NCBI GenBank assembly: GCA_037447605.1
Contig: CM074813.1
Span: 2,108,001-2,172,000 of the forward strand
Source: Zygnema circumcarinatum SAG 698-1b
Taxonomy: Eukaryota > Plantae > Zygnematophyceae
Direction: 5' to 3'
Length of the DNA stretch: 64,000 nucleotides
Made by a program: the position numbers and the translations under genes. Every line of letters starts with the position of its first letter. The first letter of the stretch is position 1. Shown here piece by piece: positions 24,306-34,850 of this stretch. A model generated the notes under the pieces. That model did not search any database. It was not told the origin of the DNA and saw only the letters and a list, made by a program, of their open reading frames with translations.

Positions 24306-27300
24306 ATGGGGCCAATCACGATGGCTGGAGACACAGACGACGATATTAATCGTTTTGAGGCCTATCAACAGCTGCTTCGTCTGGCGAGCTCGTATGAAGA
24401 TACAGCTGGCACAGTTCCTCAGCTTGCTGTAGTCGGCATAGAAAGCCATGGAAAATCCAGTCTTGTGCAGGCCTACGTGGGCTTTCCCTGCACATTCATA
24501 GGGCAGGGCACGGCCACAAGGTGCCCTGTTGAATACACGCTCACTAATGATCCAGATTGTGAAGAACCACTCGTGGAATTTGCTCCACCAAATCTGACAG
24601 GTTCAATGATTCCAGCGAATCAATTGGAGACAGCACTCGGAGCGCATATGAAATCGCTTGGAGATGGTTTCAGTCCTCAGGCTGTGTGAGTGAGAGTGCG
24701 GTCCAAGGATTGTGTCAACATTGTGCTGCTTGACCTTCCTGGAATCATCATCAATCCCGCAGATGGGAAAGAAGCGGACAAAGTGAAAGTTGATGAGATC
24801 GTGCAGTTCTATGCAGTACAACAATCCAATTTTTTGATTCTGGTGGAGGTACACTCGCGATCTCAACCCCTGTTCGTGCCCATGCATAACTTCCGATGTT
24901 TGAAGCAGCTATTCCTCAATAACTCGACCTAAACTTGTGCTAACTCACTCCTTTCAATACGTGAATGTCGAGCAGAAAGCGGTTCCGAGTGCGAATTCTG
25001 AAGCTCTTCCGAAAGAGATGAAGCGGCTGGTTGAACACATTCGCCCGAACTGGCGGAAAGAGTGCATAATGGTCGCCACTATGTTCGATCAGCAGATCAA
25101 GGGGGGCAACCTGGCTACTATCGAAGGTGCCATTACCTTCTACAAGACCAGCCAGCATCCCAACCAGCCAAGGAAGCACTATGTGAGCCTATTGCCTCGC
25201 CCTGTGGGAGACAGCGACCCTGTGGGCCACATCAGGAGGCAGAGGGAGCTTGAGCAGCAAATCATCAGTGGGTTTTGTCGACCTCTCAATCAACGGGCCC
25301 CGGGGAGGCCTTTCCTCAGGGTGAGTCCGTGGCCCGAAGGAGAGCGGTGAGATTTTTAGTCTTATGAATATTTCTAAGCATACGTGGTTAAAGGGTTCTT
25401 CTTACAAATTTTAGCAAAATTGATGTAAGAATGTAAGGACATATCAGGATGTAAGAACATATCTCAGTTGCAGGTGTTTGGAAAGTTGTCGGTTGCAATT
25501 GCAGAGTGCGACATTACGCATAGTATTGAGAAATGTAAGGGGGTTAGTAGTGCGTTAGGAGACAAATTAGTTTTGAAGCACTGCCTTTATGCTTTTCCTA
25601 TTTACTCAAGTACCATTCTTGAAAGTGCTATGCTGAATCTGTCGATCGCTCTTGCAGATTTCAAAGCTCAAATCGGGCTGGAAAATGCTCGAGCTGCCAT
25701 TCAAGACAAGTTCTATGAGCTCATTTCTAGCACCGGTGCATTCAGCAGGTGGGCCCTCCCTCCTTAATCACACATGGCCCTATTTAATCACCTTTCTACA
25801 CTGATGTTTCTTTTTGCTCCTTTCCTTGCGCTAATCAGTAATATATAGTTTATAACAATTTTATTCGTTTCCATAGGAATTTGTCAGCTTGTTTTTGTGG
25901 TCTCGCTTTCTGCAGATTGCGCCGTTTACTGCGTGAAAAGAAGAGCGATTTGGAAGCGGCAGTCGAAAAACGGAAGCTGCTTCTGGAGGGCAATAAGCCG
26001 GGAAATCTTCGGGAAAGGGCGAAAAAGCTCTCAGACAAATTTCTCCAACTATTTCATAGGTCGGGTGGATCCCCCCTCTTCTCTCTCTCTCTCTCGCTCT
26101 CTCTCTTTCTCTCTCTCCCTGTCTTTCTCTCTCTCACACACACACACATGCAATGCCTCACGAGAACCAATGCACATCTGTTCTTGTCCTAAGCCCCCTC
26201 ATATTGAACTTCTACTCTCTCTGCCCTCAAACTTTGACATTTGGCCCTCCGTTTTTGCTGCTACGTTGGCAGTCTATTTCAATACTCGGATGTGAGGAAC
26301 CTCGACGATAAGGCGATGGACTTCTTTCGGGAAGTGGAAATGCGATCGCAAAAGCGGCTAGATGATGATGATCGAGCCCCCGTCCCCTTCGAGCCGGAAT
26401 GGCGGACCCGCCTTCAGCGCCTAAGGGAGGAGGACGAGCTCATCGACTTGGAGCTTGTTTCGGGGCTGCTAGGAAGCACGCAGGTGTGTTTCTTTTTCTC
26501 TCCTTTTGCAATACTTTTATGGTTTGTTTGCCATAACTGGATGGCTGGCAGGCTCGGTGTTTCTGGACACTTTGAAGATACGTCAAATCTGTCACCAATG
26601 TCATAGGGTGTATGCGTGTGTGTGCCATTTGAACGGAGCTGGTGATTCCGCGTCACATCGTGTGTTTTATGTAACTTTCAATTATAGTCCTCCCACTCCT
26701 CCCCCACCTCCCTCACCTCCTCCTCTTCCTCTTGCCTCTCACACCCCCCCCCCCCCTCCCCCTTTCCCACTGCCTGTGTCTGCGCGCGTTCAGATCTGGC
26801 GAGCCACCCTTGTCTTCAAGGCCTTAGTTCTTGCCTCCGAGCACGAGGACTGGTCGGACCCCGGCCTGCAAAAGCGCGTGTTTGGGCACTTGGCCAGCGC
26901 CACCACGAAAATCAATTATGACAAGGGCGTGCGGGAGCTCGTCATTGGAGGGGTCACGGACAACCTGACGCAGAGCAGAGTCCTCTCGTGGTTCTTCGAT
27001 CATCTTGAGTGGATATTGAGGTAGCTTTCCACCCCGCTTGCCTGCTCCTACAGTTGCCCAAAAATCATAATATGAAGCATGTCTGAGCTTGAAGCAGGAC
27101 GACGAGTTTCTCGAAACTACACATCTGTGAAAACATTTATAGAAGTATAGGAAGTCTAATAATTATGTGGCTTGACAAACAGTGGATGTGCTTGTGAAGC
27201 CCGGTTTTAGCCCTGCTTTTGCCAGGTTTACTTTTGCAGCACAGTTGCAAGCTACTTGAGGGGTGGTGTGCGAATGGGTTTCTTGAGTTTCACGCTTTTC

Positions 27301-29161
27301 CTTATTCTAAAATAGAGTTGTTGTGGTTCTGATTCTACCTCCAGATTCAACGGAAAGCTGGTGATGCAGCAGATTCTGAGCTCCCACAACTTCAGTGATC
27401 TTAAGGACACACGCGTGCCGTCTCTCGTTTTGGAGAACTACTGGAGGGGGGTGCAAGAACTCGTCCACAGTATCCAGGAGCTTTTTCAAGAGATGGCCTG
27501 GATGAAGAGCCAGTCAGTGCTCCTCCCGCCCTCCCTCCCTCCACCCATCCAAACCGTCCCCATGCACCTCCCTTGCTCGCCTTGGGGCAGAATAAAGGTG
27601 GTGAGCATGCAGCATCGGAAAATAGCACAATGAAGCTGTTACTTGTCTTATAAATGTCTCTACTTTTCTGAACTGTAGTGGAGAATTCAGCTCGGCAAAA
27701 ATCATGACGGCTCAAAGGAAGAAAAACCAAAAGAAAGTGGAGAGCTTAAGAGTCTTTTACAGATTGTTGAGGAGCTTCAGACTTTGACATTCTGTCGTTC
27801 CTGTTGTGTTCAGATATGTGGCTCACATGCAGGTAGCGGAGTTGGAGGTGGTTCTGAATGCTATCCCCCGTGCAGGCCCAGATCAGCAGGAGGTTACCAG
27901 CCACCCACCCACTCCTTCCCTTGCCCTTCGCGCCCCCCCCGATGTGACTTCCCATACCGGCCAAACCCTGCAGTCAGATGGGAGGTCTAGCCGGGGGGAG
28001 GAGGATGATGATGAGTTTGAGGAGGCTACTGCACCGTCTTACGACAGGAAACCTCCAGAAAGGGTTCAGGGAGCACAGAATGGCCCTGTTCAAGCCGCAT
28101 CAGGTGGGAAGTTCGCCCAGTCTCAAACACCGAAGGCAAATGCTGCCATGTCAGATTCGAGGAGGGTCGGAATGGAGGATCACTTTATGCCTAGCAGAGA
28201 TGTGCCTTCGCCACGCACGGGTCTTCCAGGCCATGTTATATCTGCTATTTGTAACCGGAAATATGAAGGAACCCCTGCCTGGGTGACGCCTTCTGAGGTA
28301 AAGTTCTTCTCACTGTTCGCTTGAAATCTTCACATTAGAGGTCAAGTTGTCTCCAGAACGAGTCCAGGAGGCTTTGCTATTGACGGTTTTCATTGCTTAT
28401 GAGGCGAATCTGAAAGACTAATTGTAGGAGAAAGCTATATGGTTAATAGTACCAAGCGTTTGATTCAGCCAGTGTGTACCGCAGGTTGAGGCGACGACTT
28501 GATAATTCGGACAAAGCATTTTCTCTTGTGGGTGCCCTTCTAGGTGTGCGCATGGGTTCGTGAAGCATATTTTTTCAACATCATCGAGTTGCTGAGGGAG
28601 GTGGACTTCCTTGTGAATTCAATGGTGGTTCTAGAAGTCAACGGAGATGTTAACCGGAAGAGGGCCATCGATGACGCCATCACTAAAGTCACGCTGTCAA
28701 CAGTAGGGCCTCTTGAACCAAGCTCTGCCAGATCGCTAACCTTTTGCTCCACTCCCAAATGCAGATTTTTCTTCCCTTGCTGTTTACTGCAGTTCGCCAA
28801 AGCTCAAAAGTAGGGGGAGGTGGCACTGAAGATATGTTAGGTATCTGGTGATCTCTTTCGTTCTCTCCCCGTCCTTCCCCCCCCCCGGCCCCCCCCCCCC
28901 GCTCTGCCCGCTCCCCATTCTCCTCTCTGCTCTCCTCTCCCATCCTCTCTTCTCGTCCTCACATGTGCGACTTGACTGATTGTGTAGGAAGAGGAACTCG
29001 ACAAGCTTCGCCAGTTCGATAGGGCTGAGGTGCAGATGAAGCAGGACAAGGAGGAGGAGCTCCTCCTCAGAATAAGCGCAGACCATGCAGTCGCCACTGA
29101 AGCAATCGCTATATTGGAGCAGCCACGAGAGAAGCCATTCGCACGCAGCTTGTCACGTTAA
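24306..29161 (+). CDS. Divergent dynamin-like GTPase with one in-frame TGA at 24687-24689 (possible recent pseudogene)
   Basis: G1 VVGIESHGKSS, G2 GTATRCP, G3 LLDLPG, G4-like VATMFD. About ten GT-AG exons join in phase to a TAA at 29159-29161. Confidence 0.85.
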
Positions 29162-29902
29162 GAAATGCAAAGCGTCTATTTCTCAACTTCCCTATGGTCC
29201 TTCGCTGAAAAACACAGAACAAAACTGAAAGGAGGAGGGAGGAAGGGGGAACGAGAAGGACAGACGAGAGAGAGGATTGTTGGAGGTGTGGAAATGATCA
29301 CGAGCTTACATAGGTGTACGAACAGTTTTTTGGTGCCAAACCAATTTTGGCTGATTCCCTCTCTTGAAGTGATCAAGCATCCTAGCCATTCAACGTCAAT
29401 TAAATTCAATAGGGGGTTTTAGGCTAAGGGAAAAATCGATGTGGAATTTGCTTTTCTAAGAAGTACATACGTCGGGTTTCACTGTTACTACCTTTTTCGA
29501 GGGGAACCGCTTATTAAATTTCAAGTGTGCAATGTTCAGTTTGAACCATGAAGCTGCATCGAACTCTCACCTGTACACCTCTATTATTTGCCAATAGAGA
29601 CCCAGAAGGGTTTACCTCCTGTCCATGCCAACATCAACCGCACACTGTCTGCAGTTGTTCCCCAATCACCACGAGAACATGTACGGAGTAGGCTCCATAC
29701 ATAATCTTCAAGTGAAAGGTCGAACCTAAAACGACAGGGAAATGAATGAGCAGATATCTCCAACTACTCGTGATCTTTTGAAGCAAGCAAATTTTCGAAA
29801 TTCCGTTATGGAAAGAGCAAACAACCCCAAAAACAAACACGAGGAGAATGAATGCTTTTATTGGCTTCTACTTAAAACGCCTACTCAACCATACCTTGTC
29901 AC

Positions 29903-32900
29903 TTAGGAGACTTTCCGAGACAAATTTTTATGACCGCTTCCTATACAAGACAGCAGGACTGTGCCTGTAGTGGGCTCTGGCTTTATGATGAACTGCACTC
30001 CAAAGAACTCCTTTATGTCACGAAGCACGCGAATGGCATGGGGAGAGAGGGGCCCAACGCGCACTTTTGAGACGTCTTCTGGGCAGAGGGCGCAAAGGAG
30101 GAAGAGGAGACCCTGCAAAATTACCACTTCCCTCATTTGTTATCAACTGCTACATCCAGGCTTTACCTAATCTTTTCCTTCACGATTACTTGGTTCCGTC
30201 GTCCTTTTTACTTCTTATGTTTCTTGCTATTGGTCAAGTACTTCAATTATTTGGGAAAAATAGATTATGCGGAAAGCCAAGCATTAATAGTCCTCAACAA
30301 GAGTGACATAAAGCACAATTCTTTGTCCCAAGCCCCAAAACTCTCCTCCCCATTGTTGGAATGCACGGAGGCGATCCCTGGGATATGCCACACCAAAAAG
30401 GGAAGGAGAGGAGGGAAGATGGAGGTGCACGGGAAAGGGGAGGGAGAGTGGGGGAAGGGGGGGTGGGAATGGGGAGAAGGGAAGGAGGGACGAGAGGAAG
30501 GAAAAACAAACGATGCAGAAAACGAGTGAGGTGGAGGGAGAGGGGGAGGGAGGAAGGAGGGACAGAGCGCAAGGAGGCGCAAGGGACGATAGGCGGGGGA
30601 GGAAACCGTGCGATGAAGCAATCCGTGAAATGAAGCGATGAACCGTCCGTGTGAAGTCGGAGTAACAGGCGGAAGATGCAATATAGAGAAAGTCGAAGGG
30701 GCAGACCCACCTGATGAGCTGAATCCACAACTCCTCCTTGCCGCACTTCTTGAACTAACATTTGTGCCGCCTGCTGACCCACATTCTCTGGAAGGTTAAC
30801 CTCTGCCATTGAGGCTCCGGACTCCTCAGAAGAGTCCGGTCGGTAATCCGCTGCGCATTCTGCACTAACCAGGCAGCCGGAGGTCGTCTCTGCGACCAAC
30901 GAAACCCCGTAACCTGGTGACCTGCGGGATAATGAGAGCGATGAAGGCGTGAGGGTGAGGTCTATCCAGAACCTCTTCTAAGGCTCGAATAAAGTTAAGC
31001 AGTCTCAAGCAGGGGCAAAAGAGATCTTCACCTGCCCGACTCCTGCCCTGTATAGTGATCGGTAAAGATGTAGACGTCAGGCAGCAGTGCATTCAGGACC
31101 CCCCGAGCTGCATCCACCATCCTGTTTGCCATCTGTGGAGATACTCTTGTAGAATAGGCCACACCTCGAATTCTTTTGACCATGCCCTCATCAAGCCAAT
31201 GGACAGGCTGTGTTCAACAAAGAAATCACCCAAAAATCACCAGTGAACACACACACAACAGCAGCAACAAAACCGAAATTCAGCTCACAAATATGGTCAA
31301 AAGCCCGACCACGGAATTAAAGGAAATGAAAGCATGCGGCCGGCCTTTCGGGTCTAGAATTTCCCTTTCCGTTTTAAGGTTTTGAAGTACAACTAAATCA
31401 AGCAGGTGCCCGCTTGAAGGTAAGGAACATTCAAAATTTCTCCCACATCCAATCTTCCATTCCTTTTAGTACCAACAATGACTTTCTCTCTTAATTTCAT
31501 TAACATTTCTGAGGTTGAAGTCATACCGTGAGTGCTTGAACTGTTGGGACCTTCAAGAAGACTTCTCCTCCTCCCAAAGGAGGCGCTCCTCTCTTTACTA
31601 TTTTGAGCTCCAATTCCTCTATGGGTACTCCAAAGTGCTTCAAAAGGGGGAGAGTTGTCGTCCTTAGTGTGTCCACAGAAAGATCCCTACAGTCATTGGT
31701 GATCCCTGCAGGGAACATTCCATATGAGAGGGCAACAAATTCTCAATCACTTTACTGTAACTTAAAAGCACGAATTGCTGCAGAGCTTTAAATCAAACCC
31801 TAAAAGTGAAAAAAGTAGAAGCGAAGAATAAGACAAAGGACGGAGACGGTGCAGAGGTAAGAAAGATAAAGAAGGTTTATTTGAAAAACGAATGAGACGA
31901 AAAACGTCAGCGAAGAGAGGCAAAAGAATGGGACGAAGGACTCGGCGAAAGGAGATTGAATGGAACAAACCTCTTAAATATATAGAGAGAGGCTTCTTTG
32001 CAAATAGGCCGAGTACAAGAAGAGCTTCTAAGAAGTAGCCAATGGCACGACCAGTTCCACAATCGTGGACGAGAGATCTACCTCCCACGATGACGCCAGG
32101 CTTATATCGCAATCGAGTCCCTGAGGGAAGGGACATGAAGAACACAAAACATCATCACTCAAAGCTGAGAAAGTTGAACGTAATCACTCTGGGGAGCACC
32201 CAACATGAATTTTATCATGCATAAAGGAAAGAAAAGAGATAATTTAGCCTCTCTTCTCGTGCACATTCAGTTGTAAAGATATCATCGCGATTTTCACTTT
32301 CATATCGCGGCTCTCTCTATCTTTTGCGTTTAGTTTTAAAGGAAACGAAAGAGATAATTTAGCCTCTCTTCTCGTGCACATTCAGTTGTAAAGATATCAT
32401 CGCGATTTTCACTTTCATATTGCGGCTCTCTCTATCTTTTGCGTTTAGTTTTAAAGGAAACGAAAGAGATAATTTAGCCTCTCTTCTCGTGCACATTCAG
32501 TTGTAAAGATATCATCGCGATTTTCACTTTCATATTGCGGCTCTCTCTATCTTTTGCGTTTAGTTTTAAAGGAAACAAGCGACCTTACACTTATGCTCTA
32601 GAAAGCAACAGTATGTCCAAGACATCAAAATTTGAAAAAAAGTACAAAAAAGCCGTGTACATTAGGACAACAATAACATACTCATGTGCATAAAACATAG
32701 GACTGCCAAAAACTGACCGATTTGCACGCCTGCATATGTGAGCATCAGAATGAATTGAACGAATTTAACGAAAAGATCTAAATTTTGGTCTGAAAAACGA
32801 ACTAGCAATTCAAGATCCATTTTTATAATGGAACTATAAAGGTACTCGTTGTTCACTCTAAATATAACACGAATCAGCGTAAGCTTCACTATGCAGTAAG

Positions 32901-33594
32901 CGGGAAAACCAACATAGTAATAGCACGAATGGTAAAGGTGTTTTATGCGTGTCGTGCTCTGGAGAATTCTCATGCGCTTTGGCCAAATTCACAAGAATCC
33001 CTCTTAAGTCCATCCTCGCAAAAACTAGCTCAATTTCCGGATACCGAAGTCAATATTTTGAAACCTTTTGACGAGTGGTGCTTTCACCCCAAAGCATAGC
33101 CCTCCAAAAGGCCAGCTCTCATGCAGAATTTCACCGAAAAGTAAGGCCCTGCTAGCAGCGGAAAACTATCCTTGGGGCACCTCAGCCACAATTCAGGGAG
33201 ACCGGAGGTTTAAGAAAGCTCATGACGTCTGAGTAATTAAGAACCTGCCTATGCCTCAGCCGGCTGGAGTCTTTCTTGAAGCCTATCTTATTACTATTTA
33301 GTCTTGTAGAATTAAAAAAAAAAAAAAATTGTGCAATCAGAGTCCTGCAGCCCTGCAACCTTTCTCGATAATTCCATACAGGTGAGAATAGCGGCAGTCA
33401 CCCGTTTCATTGATTTCCACGACGCAGCCATTGGAAATCTTCTCCAGCAGGCGCAGCAGCGACGCCTCGTAGTCGCGCAGGCCGGGGCTCTCCTCCCTCT
33501 CGCGGATGCCCTCGACGCGCAAAGCGCTGCCCGAGAGAGTCGCGCAGATGAGGCGCTGCCGCAGCTGCTGCGCGCCGCGAAGGCTGCGCACCAT
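29903..33594 (-). CDS. RCL1: RNA 3'-terminal phosphate cyclase-like protein (18S rRNA processing)
   Basis: LRGAQQLRQRLICATLSG, SPGLRDYEASLLRLLEKISNGCVVEINETG, RYKPGVIVGG, HDCGTGRAIGYFLE, GITND, KRGAPPLGGGEV, GGVVDSAHQ and C-terminal LSCIGSGHKNLSRKVS*. Confidence 0.95.
32224..32576. repeat. Three tandem near-identical 115-bp units in RCL1 intron 1
   Basis: GAGATAATTTAGCCTCTC begins at 32236, 32351 and 32466; the units differ by very few bases. Confidence 0.95.
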
Positions 33595-33619
33595 CTCGCC
33601 TCCTCGCCGCTCTCGTCCT

Positions 33620-33752
33620 TTCTCTCTCTCCCTCCCTCTCTCCCTCTCCCTCTCTCCCTCCCTCCCTCCCTCCCTCCCTCCCTCCCTCCCTCTCCCTNNN
33701 NNNNNNNCCTCCCTCCCTCCCTCCCTCCCTCCCTCCCTCCCTCCCTCCCTCC
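33620..33752. repeat. (CCCT)n/(CT)n microsatellite in the RCL1 leader, with a 10-N assembly gap
   Basis: Direct reading; Ns at 33698-33707. Confidence 0.9.
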
Positions 33753-33839
33753 AAGGGCTCGGGTCACACGGCTTGCGGGCTCCCTCCCACCGCCTCGCTC
33801 TAAAATCTTCCTCGTCCCCCCAAGTCCCAACCCCGTGAG

Positions 33840-34690
33840 AATTCATATCGCGGTGTATGTGAATTCATATCGCGGTGTATCGTCATATATGGTCTATTGC
33901 CATATCGCGATATACCGCACTGTATCTCACCACGGTATATCGTCCATAGGCATATCGTGATGTAATGCACTGTATCATTCTACGGTATATCGTCTATAGT
34001 CATATCGTGATATAACGCACTGTCTTTCGACGGTATATCGTCTACCTAGATATCGCGATATAACGCACTGTGATCTTTCCACGGTATATCGTATATAGGC
34101 ATATCGCGATATACCTCCCTATGTATTTATACGGTATATCGTCAATATGTATATCGCAATATCATGCACTGTATCTCCTCACGGTATATCGTCTCTAGAC
34201 GTATCGCGGTATAGCGTACTGTATCTCTATGCGGTATATCGTCCATAATCATTTCGAGATATAGCGCACTGTATCTTTATACGGTATATCGTCTATAGTC
34301 GTATCGTGATATAACGCACTGTGTCTTTCCACGGTATATCGTCTACATAAAAATCGCGGTATATTGTACCCTATCTCACTACGGTATATCGTCTATAACT
34401 GTATCGCGATATTATCTATCTCATCACGGTATATCGTCTGTACTCATATCGCAATATCACTCACTGTATCTTTCACGGTATATCTTCTATATTCATGCCG
34501 CGATACAATACACACAGCGGTATATCGGTTATAGACATATCGCGGTATACCGTATTCTATCTCAACACGACATATCGTCCTAGACATATCGCGATATAGC
34601 GTAATGTATCTCACCACGGTATATCGTCTATAGACATTTCGTGTTATAGCTCACCACGGTATATCGTCTATAGACGTATCGCAATGTATC
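33840..34690. repeat. Degenerate minisatellite of ~50-bp palindromic units (about 16-17 copies)
   Basis: Core (A/G)CGGTATATC recurs, e.g. at 34081, 34131, 34181, 34231, 34281, 34331 and 34381 (exact 50-bp period). Approximate consensus ACGGTATATCGTCTATAGACATATCGCGATATAACGCACTGTATCTYWCY. Confidence 0.93.
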
Positions 34691-34850
34691 GTCATTGACG
34701 GTTTCGTGCTTGCTAAGCGCCGGCCCCATCGGGTGGTCCTTTGCACCACACTAGTCGTGTTCCTTCCTTCTGTTTCTCTCCTTTTTGCTCTTCCTTCTTC
34801 ATACTCAGAGCAACTCTGCCCTGCGTCCAGCATATGTGAAGAAAGTCGGA

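Noticed and set aside
24687-24689. Selenocysteine or programmed readthrough at the dynamin TGA
   Set aside because: The position is an exposed, non-catalytic strand residue best explained as CGA(Arg). The 3' context GTGAGA is not a known leaky-stop context, and I identified no SECIS.
32660-33250. Decayed transposon in RCL1 intron 1 (ORF 32662-32973)
   Set aside because: I found no TIR, TSD or recognisable transposase motif and no second copy in the window.
33840-34690. CRISPR array (conserved core plus ~37-bp variable segments)
   Set aside because: The variable segments are diverged copies of one another rather than unique spacers, the core is only about 13 bp, there are no cas genes, and the context is a eukaryotic promoter.
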